A DNA stretch of 64,000 nucleotides from Raillietiella orientalis (taxonomy: Eukaryota), in contig JAYWIR010000030.1 in the NCBI GenBank assembly GCA_036172245.1, positions 992,001 to 1,056,000 of the forward strand, read 5' to 3'. Position 1 is the first letter of the stretch. Every line of letters starts with the position of its first letter. Below the pieces are notes generated by a model. That model was not told where the DNA came from and made no database searches. It worked only from the letters and a program-made list of their open reading frames with translations. The position numbers and the translations under genes are program-made. Below are positions 1 through 9,849 of this stretch, piece by piece.

Positions 1-1210
1 TCTCCCTTTTTCTCCCCGGAGAGGGTGCATTTCTCGTTTCTTCGAAAAAAAAACAGGAAAGGGTACCCTACTGGAATTTCTTCTCCGGAGGGAACCCGCA
101 CGGGATCCGCTCCCTGTTTCCTCCTCTGAAGAGAACCCCGAAGGGTGCAGTGCGCTTGTTGACACACTTATTGACTCTGCAACCCCCCGAGGGGGGATAT
201 CAACCAGCTCCACGGTACGCGACGGATGGTCGGATTTACCTGAGGAAAGGGAGAACGGCTCCCTTTTCGCAACCAAAGGGGAGCCCCGAAGGGCACCGGG
301 ACTCCTTGATTCCTGGAAGTACCTCGAGGGGTTAGCTTCCCATCGCGGCCGGTCAACGAGGGCATCCGGTTTCCGGCTCCCATCAGCCTCACCCGAAGCC
401 TACAGGCCAACCGGCGTCATCTAGCGGGAGGACTGGAAACCCACGATGCACCACTCGTTCTCGGCGTGGATCTTTCATTTTCATCAGATCACTCCGCGTC
501 GTGTTTTGTAAAATATATATATATATATATATATTTACAAAAAAAAAATAGCCGCATAAAATATAAAAATGTCGTTCTTCGTAGTGACTTCACATCACCA
601 CTACGGAGGGAAATGCCTCGGAGGCGCTGCTCCCCCGACGAGGTCCGCACAGGAGACGTGAGGGAAGGGGTAAACAAAAAAACAAAAACAAAAAACACGA
701 AAGTTCAGTTTAAAAAAATATCTCGGGGAGTCGGGAAGGAAAGGGAACGGATCTCGGATTTCTTCCTGGCGTCCTCAGGATCCTCTGGAGAATTCTTGTG
801 TTCCTACTTCCTACTTTTGTTGGCAGAGATGTGGCCATCTTGTCTCCTTTCCCCATAAAGGAGAGGGCGATCAGGATGACATCACGGTTCGACTGAACTC
901 TTTCGGCACGACTTCCCTCCGCCGCCGCTGTCCCACGAAGGCAGCGCAGAGCTGCCAGGGAAGCTGCGGGGCGGCATCCAGTCGCGCGCTAAGAGGCTTC
1001 GCAACACCTCTCTGTCGCTGTCCACTGAGAGAGGGAGGGCTGCAGCGAAGCATTCCCGGACATCCAGGGGAACAACAATCCAGCAACAGGGGCAGGAAGA
1101 TTTCGCGTTCCCCGCACCTGGCTCAGAACGGGGCCGCACTTCCCCTCGTCCACTGGGGGACTCGTGCGCTGCATGAGAACGCCCAGTGCAGCAGCTGCAA
1201 TGCTGAGTGT
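1..1210 (-). mobile_element. R2-like non-LTR retrotransposon, 3' fragment (CCHC/REL remnant about 540-1200 plus 3' UTR about 1-470), decayed
   Basis: Minus-strand remnants in order: 'IAAAALGV..PRSEPGAGNAKSSC', 'CCSPGC..PSLSG..PLSARLDAAPQL' (cf. CxxC..ESLxH..RxxRHD) and terminal 'LRGISLRSGDVKSLRRTTFLYFMRLFF' (cf. R2 ORF end). These are followed by the same non-coding repeat seen at 1220-1450 and 8547-9000. Confidence 0.6.
513..534. repeat. (TA)n microsatellite at the centre of a near-perfect palindrome (ttttgtaaa..tttacaaaa)
   Basis: Directly visible. Confidence 0.9.
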
Positions 1211-1219
1211 TTGCTCTCC

Positions 1220-1450
1220 TTGATTACCGGAAGGATCCCGGAGGATCAACTTCCAATCCCGGCCACTCAACGGGAGCATACGGTTTCCGGCTTCCGCCAG
1301 TGCCGCACCCGAACGGGCCAACCAGCGTTCATCCTGCAGGGGGGACTGGAAACCCCCACGACGCACCCCCATTCTCGGCATCGATCCTTCCCTAGGTGAG
1401 ATTCGAACCCGCGGTTCCAACGCAGAAGCATGCGAGGAGAGGCCCGTCAC
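1220..1450 (-). repeat. Shared non-coding repeat (putative R2 3' UTR), copy 2 of 3
   Basis: Clear nucleotide similarity to about 305-470 (same strand) and to about 8547-8760 (opposite strand), e.g. ggtttccggct..ggccaacc.gcgt..ggactggaaaccc.acga.gcacc. Confidence 0.85.
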
Positions 1451-1462
1451 TTGGGGATGCTC
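1392..1462 (-). other. tRNA-like module (T-arm/B box, weak A box) at the head of the shared repeat; not a functional tRNA
   Basis: Minus strand reads TCCCCAAGTGA..(37 nt)..GGTTCGAATC, with T-arm GCGGG-TTCGAAT-CTCAC preceded by GGAACC. A degenerate equivalent TAGGTTAGAATCCCTA is at about 8582. Confidence 0.5.
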
Positions 1463-4400
1463 GTCTCTGCGATGCGGGTGATGTTTTTCGTTTCTAGGGA
1501 GACCCCAGAACCTTAAGGAAGGCTAAGGACGAAAACGTGGATCAGGAAGCCCGGCGTCTGGAAGTTTTCCTCGGGAATCTCCGGATAACCTTTTTCTGAT
1601 CTTGAGCAAAGTCTTTGGGCGGGAGTTCGTGTGTCCGTCAGACACCACGGGAACTTGGTAGCCCGTGCCCCGCTGATCCATGCTCCAGGAGATCGCTCCT
1701 CCTCCCCCACTTCCTGACGATGCAGGAGGGGCAGCTCGACGTTCCCGACAGCCTCGCGATGCGCCCTAGGGAGCAGGCTCGTGTCATCCAGAATCCCGTG
1801 ACGCACTGGAGCTGCCCTGAGATGCGAGTGGCACCATTCCTGGGGACCAACACCTGGAGAGACCGTCCGGAAGGAACTGCGGGCCCAGCGTTTGCTCTAC
1901 CATCGGGCAGCAAAATCCGTTCGAAGTCCTCCAGTGGTACGGCGATCGAAGGGAGCGTGGGACGGAGTGGAGGATGCGAATAGATCCCAGATGGCAACGG
2001 ATGGGGCGGAGACGGCGCAGCCGCAGCACCGTCTCCGCCCGCGCCTGCGACTGCGCCTCGATGGGACCGAGACGAGGCGGCCGCAGTGCATCGCGATCCT
2101 CAGCAGAGGCGTGGAGCCGACCTTGGCAGACGTGCCCTTCCGCAAGGCTTCCCGACGCCAACACGTGGCCACTGGCGATCCGCCGGGGTTCCTCCAGGAA
2201 TGGGAATGGATGCAGGGAGCGCCTCTCCGTCTGCCTCTTCGCTTAATCATGCTGAGTAGCCAGAGCGACTTTTGCGGGCCTCACATCCGCTCGCCGGCCG
2301 CCATTCGCAAGAAAGGCCGCACAACTCGAGACCGGAAGTCTCCAGGAAACCCACCGAATCTTCCCAGGCAGTTGCCGGGGCATCCGGAAGAATCAAGGAC
2401 ATTGTTAGACTTCTCTTCCAGCAGTCCATTGGGCTCTCCTTTTCCTCCTCTCCGATACAGAGCCACTTGGAACCCACACGAGACCCCGATGGTTCCAAGG
2501 GAGGTTCACAGTAGCCTTTTTGATCTCAGTCACCACGTCTATGTGTATGGGGATGTGGATAGTGTACCCAGTCTCTTGGATACACTCTCACAGTGATCGC
2601 AGGAGCCAATACATGACCTACTTTATTCCCAGACATCAACTCACAATGCCCCTTGTCCTAAGCTCCTTCTCATTTCCCCCTATCCTCCGCATCTACTTGT
2701 TTACGCCGTCTCTACTCATCCTCTTCATCTATTCTCATCCTCTGCATCTACTCGCATCCTCCATATCTACTAGTACCTCCAGCTTATGATCCTCCTTGCC
2801 TGAATCTTCTCCACGTCTCCTCCTGACATCCCTTATGAAATGTCTACCGAGGGAGCTGAAGTCTTTCTGGGATGTACGATTCGGCCCGTAGTCCACCCCG
2901 CCCATTCCCGTAGTCCGCGAGACGGGGCACTCAGGAGTCGGCGTGGACTAGTGGTAATCGAGGCAGCGAATCCCTTGCGGGAAGGACTTTCTCGGGCCGC
3001 TGGAGGGAGCACCAAGGCGCCCTCCTTGGCACCGATCCAAGTCGTGATTGTGGCGGCCACCACCAATGCTGACCCTCCCTGACGCCCCAGGGGGCTCCTT
3101 AGAGCCCGAACGCCCTGCAGCTGAGGTTACTCGTTTGTTTCCTCGAGAAGGACCTGGGCCGCTTTGGCACCCCACGCCGATCAGCTGATTCGGCGATCCA
3201 GCCGGAGGAGGGCGAGGTGAAATGGGGACGTGGCAGCGATGTGCGTACCGGGTTCACGGAGGAAGGAGAGGCCTGTCGGGCACGAAGAGCAGTTCCCTAA
3301 GTGACCTCCTCTCGGGGCTAGGAGGATAAACCGCTCGAGGCTTGAGGCACCTCCTGGAAAGCAGGCGGAACCCGCGCCGCAGTTACTCCACGCCCTCTTT
3401 GGCTGCATGGGGATTGGTTCCTCCACGATCCTCAGAAGCGAGGAAGGAAGGACAAGAGAGTCCCGAAGTTCTCCGGACAGCCGTCCCTCCGCACGTCGGA
3501 GGAGCAGGGAAGGGGTCGAGAGGTCAATCGTCTGGGCGCGGTTTCTGCCTCCCTTGCCCTTGGGGAACTTGCGAATCGGAGAGGCTGACAGCCCCGACCT
3601 GGTGGCGGCCCGCTGAGGGAAGGGCAGCAGCACCCGTCCGGGCCGTGCCTTTCCTCGGGACTGCCTGCATCTCCCCCCGGATGGGTGGTAAGGAGAGATC
3701 GACGGGAAGATGGGGGAGGACATGACCGCCCTTCCTCTCTTCCCCATGGCAGCTTCTTCCGCCAGCGACGACCCCTCATGCTCGCCCTGGCCCACGAGTC
3801 CCTGTCCTTGCACCCACCTCGCCCGTTCCCGCTCCCTGCGGCCGAGAGGGGCGGCTGCTCCGCTGTCATCGCCTCCCGTCCGGCATCCCGAAGATTCCGT
3901 CAGCCTCTTCAGGGAGGGGTACCCCGACCCCCGGAGCTCTGGACCGAAGGCGCTCCTGGATCCACTGCGGGAGAGGAAACGCGAAAGGGGTCGGTGCAGG
4001 GGGTCTCCCGCTCCTGCAAAAGCAGGCAGGCGCGAAACCGAAAGCCCTCGGGGAGGGGAAAGATCAGCGGGCAGAGAGCTCGGACACGACCGAGGAAGGA
4101 ACCGAAGGGCAAGAGCCACTCGTGTCAGAGGCCGCCGGGGAGCAGGGAGTCTCCCCCTCCCCCGCGTGGCTGCGAGGAGCGCGACCCAGAGACCGAGCCG
4201 GAGGGAGGTGTCCGACCCTCGAGGGTGCTGTCATGTGACCTCGCTGGGTACCGGCCGCTCCGGGACGCAGGCAGGCAGCGTAGCGGGCAGGGTGGTTCGT
4301 TCCCCTCCCCCTCTGTGCCTCCACCAGAAGTCACGAAGAGATGCCGATGGCCGCGGGAGTGTCAGAAGAATGCCGAGAAGGAAGGCGGGGGGGGGGACGC

Positions 4401-6439
4401 ACTCCATCGCTCCGCTTCGGGAGAGCGAGGCAAGGGTCACGGAACGAAGAGGGTCGCGCGTGAGGTCGCAGAAGACTCTCGGGTTGCGCGCGGGAGGGAA
4501 TTTCTCTCCCTCCCTCCTCCTCCCCTCTTCTTCCATTCCCGTCGCCACGGCGCTCTCCTCCATCCTCTCTTCCCCCACGAACCCTCCCAACCTGCCAGCG
4601 GACACATCCGGCACGGAGAGTTCTCCGTCGAGGGACATCTTCTCGGATCGTGGCTTCCTGGAGCGTCTCTAAAGGGTCGTGCGCCACCGAACCGTCATCA
4701 GAGACACCGACGTCCTCCTCGTCTGGCCAGGGGGCACATAGCGCACTCCGAAGCGCACGTCTTCGGGCGGCCTCCCATAGGTGGCGCTGCTGTCCCTTCT
4801 CTTCCCACCCCGTTTTCGGCCTGCTCAGAGTCCACCAGCCACCCTTCCGCTGACGCAGGACTTTCCTTCGTGGCGAAAGAGAAGCAGCGGAGGAGGAAGA
4901 GGAGGAGGAAGGAGCGGGCGGGAGAAAAGGGGGGAGGGGAGGAGATGAATTTATTTTTGGCAGCGCGCGCGCGTCCCGGAAGGCAGGCGGATGCCTCCTT
5001 CCTCCCTCCCTGCCCAGGCGAACATGTGGCGCATCGCCCACCGCGAGCGCGCGCACGTCCGGGAGCGTTTCCAGATCCTCGTTTTATCAGGCAGCCGGCG
5101 GCAGCGGCGGCCCGAGCGCTCGCGCGGGGGCAGAGAGCAGGGCCCCACCTCTTCCACGTGGTGTCTGATTGCTCGCTGCTGGCCCTCGAACTCGCCGCCA
5201 TCTTCCTCCCTCCCTCTCCTCCGGGGAGGAGAGAGAGGAGAAAAAAAAAAGAAAAAATGAAAAATTTCTCCCCCTTCCTGCCTCGCTCCCGCGCTCGCAA
5301 CGCCGGCTCCCAGCCTCCCGCCGCCGATCCCCTCTATCTTATCTCCGTCTCCCCGGCGACCGACCGACCGTCCGTCCTCATCCTCTCCGCGCGTTTCCCC
5401 TCGTTCCAGCGGAAGCAGGAGACGAGCGCAGCAGAACCATCCTCCACCCCTCCTCCCCCTTCCCGCTCCTTCCCGCTCTGTCCGCGGAGCGATCGGCTTT
5501 CATCCCGGGTGCGTCCAACGCGTCGAACGAGCCGGCGCGCTAAAGCGGCGAAGGAAGAGGGGGGGGGGGGGAAGGAGAGAGAGGGAGGGAGAGAGGGAAA
5601 AACGTGTGTTCCAGATGTCGCCCCCGTCCTCGGGAACCAGTTCCAAGTCGGCGATTCCCGACGAGGGCTGGAGGTTTCCCCCGCGGGTACCGGCAGCGGG
5701 GATGTCGGTGGTGGTGCCGTTGCTGCTCGAAGGTTGCGCCTGGCTGCTGCTGCTGCGGGTCTTCCGCTCGCGCGCCGATCCATTAGGAGGTAAATACTTC
5801 ACCTTTATCTTCCGATAAGGGGCCGAGACGCACCAGAGATGGCCCGCCAGCTTCCCGAGTAGATGCAATTAGCTCAGATAAAGCTCTCTCCCGCGCAGGC
5901 CACGCAACGGGGACGTCCGCCTGAAAAGGGAGGGAGGGGTGAGGCAGGAGAAAGGGAGGGGGAGGAGGAGGGATAACGCAGGAGGAGGGAAGATCGCTTG
6001 CGGGGACGTGGATGGGGGCGGGGGGTGAGGACGAACGGAAGCCTCCACCGTGGCGTTCTCCAGCGGAAAAAGCCGGCATCAAGTGCCGGAAGCCTGCCAC
6101 CCGGGGCCGCTCTCCCGGGGCCTTCGAAGCGGGAAAATCTATTCTTAGCCGCCGGGGCAGTCCAAGAGACAGACGCTGCGGCGTGGCGCGCGTTCCCCGC
6201 CGCGTCCCCGACACAGCGAGGAGTTGCGGAAACGCGTCCCGTGCTTCCCTCTTGCCACCCTCGCCACATTGCTGTCCTTCCCAAAGAATACTTCAAGGTC
6301 GGGCGCGGCGGCGACCCTGAGCGACAAGTCCAGAAGCCATGCGTTGCGATCCCCCCCACTACCACTACCACCGCGTCACGCTGGGCGCCGTGCATCTCGT
6401 TGCCCGATGAACCTTCGACGCGGCCGGGAGTCGATCTAC

Positions 6440-6812
6440 GGAAGCTTTCAGGACGCCGGGTCTTCACTTCTTCCCCCCCCCCCCCCTTCCCCATCCTCCG
6501 AGAGAAAGTTCCGAAGCGGTGGTCGGCCACCATAACTGAGAGCGACGCGGGGTCAAACGTGCACGAGGAACCTTCGACGCTGCAGCGCTCGAAGGCGGAC
6601 CGCTGCAGCTTCGAGAGCATCCAGGACGTCTTCGCGGAATTGACGCGAGCCGCGGGGTCCACCCTCCCCCGCGGCGTACCTCGTTGCCCCCGACGGGCTC
6701 CCCATCAGGGTCCTCTGACCCGTCTCCTGAAGCGCTCCCGGGACGCCGGGTCTTCACTGTCTCTCCCCGTCACCCTCTGAGAGAAAGTTCCGGGGCAGTG
6801 GGCAGCTGCTGC
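6440..6812 (+). repeat. Diverged direct repeat, about 85 bp units at about 6440-6530 and 6728-6812
   Basis: gaagc..ggacgccgggtcttcact..cccc..gagagaaagttccg..gc.gtgg occurs twice, about 290 bp apart. Confidence 0.8.
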
Positions 6813-8116
6813 TGCGCCGGCGGGGAGGTGGCTCAGAGCAGGGTCAGAGACGGAGGCGGAGGGGGGAGCCGCGTTTCGCCCCTGCGGCGGCTGTTCCGAG
6901 CTCCTCTGTCAGAAGCCCGATTCCGAGATGCAGACCCCTCCTTCCCTCCGAGGGGCCCGCGGGGGAGCGCCACTGGATCGAGGAGGGGTCGTCTCCAAGT
7001 TCGTCCTTGAGCCGCGGCGGTCCCGTCTTCTATGGTCCTTCTCGGTCCCGGTGACTGTCCCCACGGACCCCGCAGGCTGCAGCGGAGAGAGAGGGGGTGA
7101 AGGGGGGAAGGGGAACACGTGTTTTTCCACTACCACGCAGTCAGACATCGTCTCTAAGGAAACTGCAGTCGCGAAGGTCCTCGAGATTGGTGCTTGAGAG
7201 TCCAGGTTGTGCCACCTCCTTGACTTCTGAGGGGGAGGAGGGAATGGGGGAAGAAGACGAACTAGAAGAAGATGATGAAGAAGAAGAAAGCAGCACCGGC
7301 TCCGGTGCTGGATGGAAGCGGAAACCCTGCAACCCTCGTACTCTTTTTTTTTTTTTTTTTTATCGTATCTGATGGCTTTGTTTCGACACGCTCAGAAAGT
7401 CCATCTCCCAGCATCCCCGAGCAGCCGCATCTTCAGAGCCCAGTCGCCACCGCGCTGGTGAGGAGCTGCCTTTCGAAAGCTCCAAGTGTGGCATGCAGAC
7501 CCGCACGCCCTGTTCCCAAGCTCTAGCTGCCAGCCTCTGCCCCTCCGGAAAGCGCGATGCGTTGCCAGTTGAGGAAGACCGATCCCACCTCCGTGTCGAG
7601 GGCGCCAAACCGTCCTTCGGAGACCCTGAATAGGGCTGGTTCCCTTCCCTTGTCGGTGTGAGCTCTATTGCTGCGAGCAGAGCTCTCGCTCGGAGACCAG
7701 CCAGCTCGCCCACCCGTGTGCCCTCTCGCTGCCAGCAGCCAAGATGGCCGGAAGTTCCACCTCCGCTCTCCGGAGGGGAAGACGGGAGCGCATTTATGCT
7801 CCAGACGAGAACTTACTCCTCGAGGCGGAGCACTTGTTTTGTGCACCGTCTCCCAGAGGTCATCCGAACGACCAGTAGACAGGAGGCTGGAGATACGAGA
7901 GCAAGAGTTCACTCCATGAATGATCCATGAAGAGACGGCGTTTCCTTGAGTGCTGCCCTCGGCTCGGTGGACCAAGTGCAAAGTGTCGCGGCGTCTTGTC
8001 CCCCGGCCATACGCCAGATGCGTCGAGCCGTTTCCGTGTTCTCGACCGCCTCGAGATGGGAGTGTCCGTGATGATCCAGCCGTAAGCTCCACGTAGTGCG
8101 CCCATCGTGACGCGAG

Positions 8117-8233
8117 CCCTTCTGTTCGCCTGGAGCTACTAGGGTTTCTCCCCTCCTTCGGTTACCGGCTCTCTCTCGGGAGGACGAGGAACCTCCGATG
8201 GAACCCTCAAGGATTGCTGCCCTGAGCAGAGCG
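8117..8233 (-). ncRNA. HDV-like self-cleaving ribozyme fold (degenerate) at the 5' end of the R2-like element
   Basis: Minus strand: P1 5' GCTCTGCTCAGGG (8232-8220); P2 5' CATCGG; P3 AGG; L3 TTCCTCGT; P3' CCT; P1' CCCGAGAGAGAGC(C); GG-TAA; nested P4 CC/GG, GGAG/CTCC, GGG/CCC; CGAA (catalytic-type C at 8128); imperfect P2' CAGAAG. R2 elements are known to carry 5' HDV-like ribozymes. Confidence 0.65.
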
Positions 8234-8244
8234 CGTTCCCTATG

Positions 8245-9300
8245 CAATCCATGCCCTCACGGTTTACCGAAACATCTGGATTACGGGCGAACACTCTCGG
8301 AGCACCGAAAGGGCGTTTGTTTGGTTTTCCTGGCTCCTAGCAACCCATCCCCGGTTATCTCCCAGTCTGGGAAAATTCCGGATCCACTTAACCAAAAAAC
8401 GAAATGCGCGCGCGCCCGCCGCCGGGGTGGGAAAAGGAAGGAGCAGCAGCCGCTCACTCCTTTCCAGGCATGTTTCTCTCGAATAATTATCTGTCATCCC
8501 ATTCACCTCTCATCCAAAAGACTTCCCGCCCTCGTTGGCGGCTCCTGTGACTGTGGTCTCCGCGCATGGTATCGAGCGTTATAGGTTAGAATCCCTAGGC
8601 CGAGACAGGGGCGCGTCGTGGGTTTCGAGTTCCCCCCCGCAGGAAGACGCTGGTCGGCCTATTAGAGTGCGATGCACTGCTGGAAGCCGGAAACTGGGTG
8701 CCCCCTTTGACCGGCCAGGATTGGAAGCTGATCCTCTGGGATGCTTCTAGGAATCAAGGAGCCCTTCGAGGTTGCCCTCCGGTTGTAAAAAAATGAGCCG
8801 TACCGTCGCGTACCATGGATCTGGTTGAGACCTCCCCTCAGAGTGTCAGAAGCGCGCTGCTCTCTTCAAGAAGAGCCCTTCAGAGAAATTGAGAGGAGTC
8901 CCTTCCCCTTCGGGCTTCCCTTCACAGGAGGAAACAAGGAGACCCTTTCCGGGGGGTCCCTCCGCAGAAGAAATTCCAGAGCGGATCCTTTCCGGGTTCC
9001 CTTCGGAGACAACCGGGGCGAGGGTTCTTTTCGGAGTTCCCTCCCAAGCGGAAGAGGAAGGACTCCATCGTCCTGAGCCGTCCTGGATTCATAGGGTGAT
9101 CCCCTCCCGGGGTACCCCCTAAATTGAAGAGTAACACGCACCCTCGGGTGGCGTAGAACAGTGTTAGCCCTTTGGGTGCGGGGCCAATCCGATTTAAACG
9201 TTCCGTGTTGACGGCACGCGAGTCGCAGTGGCTATCAGCGTGGACGGACTGCCCTTCCGCATATCGTGTGCTCGATCGAGGTGCCGATTGACTTTATAGA
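8245..9300 (+). mobile_element. 5'-truncated R2-like copy (REL remnant plus long 3' UTR), opposite orientation
   Basis: Plus strand 'PSRFTETSGLRANTL..RKGVCLVF..QSGKIPDP..LPALVGGS' (cf. EPRLRTSVGLRKPDI..K..KY..LRGS), then the shared repeat from about 8547. Bases 8590-9000 are reverse-complement similar to 1-470. The 3' end is uncertain. Confidence 0.65.
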
Positions 9301-9849
9301 TAAAGTGCTGATTAAGGTTACTATTATAATTGTTTATTTACACCACACCAAATAAAATATTTTCATTTTTCCCAAGCATATGTTATTTGCTTAATAATTA
9401 TAATTATAATTCGAACCAATCAGTCATTCATTTTTAAGGCATCATTAAGATGAAAAACAACATAATAAATTCCATACCACACCGGAGACGGCCGAGAGTA
9501 GTTTGCCGATATAAATAGAATTTTGTTTACTGCCGTTGCTAAGGGAATTGTAGGAACGTAAGTGTTCGCGTCGTCCATCTCAAACATGGATAGTGTTGAC
9601 TTTTGTCGCGTGTACAAGGTCAGAACATTTGCCAAACGCATAGTTGAGTCCACTGTCCACGCCGATACATTTTCTCCGAACCCATGGATGCGTCCATGCC
9701 GCATCTATGGGTGGGATGCATGTATGCGATGCTTCCATAGCACTCATAGGGTTAAAGAGCTTCATGAGCCCTAGATGGACGGTTCTTCAGCACTGAGCGA
9801 ACTAAAAAAAAAGAAACCCCCGAAGAACTACCTAGTCTCCCCGCGAAGC

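Larger units (their letters stand above)
1220..8233 (-). mobile_element. Near-full-length decayed R2-clade non-LTR retrotransposon (ZF-Myb-RT-thumb-CCHC-REL) with internal insertions
   Basis: Colinear minus-strand motifs across frameshifts. ZF/Myb 'FPEGQRLAARAWEQGVRVCMPH..PARWRLGSEDAAARG' (about 7560-7420); 'RERKTRSSSSQAQ..EDGGDIWNTRF' (about 5780-5600); 'LRSVTLASL' (cf. YRPISIASI); 'WRHRGG' (cf. QRGF); 'GLWVALL..AASDTS' (cf. VAVLDFAKAFDTV); 'KRG..SSPIF' (cf. RGVRQGDPLSPILF); GAC GAT at about 3520 (cf. YADD); 'EPIPMQPKRAWSNCG' (cf. WRYLG); 'SSLERFILLAP..LRLDRRIS' (thumb); 'EEADGEAL'; 'AMHCGRLVSVPSRRSRRRGRRRCCGC'; 'LQCV..SLLPRAHRE'; 'VLSL*GS' ORF end at about 1500. Confidence 0.75.

Noticed and set aside
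1392..1462. Functional tRNA gene
   Set aside because: T-arm only; no convincing acceptor or anticodon stems.
3685..5793. 702-aa plus-strand ORF and many other long ORFs in 1-27 kb (e.g. 16413-17546, 25884-27179)
   Set aside because: Low-complexity Arg/Pro/Gly translations with no domain. They are expected from stop-poor GC-rich DNA and lie antisense to or overlap fossils or RECK.
8250..8272. Minus-strand GGTAAAC..G.GGG resembling 28S rDNA upstream of the R2 site
   Set aside because: Spacing to the ribozyme is wrong by about 20 nt, and the same bases are better explained as the plus-strand 'PSRFTETSGLR' REL remnant.
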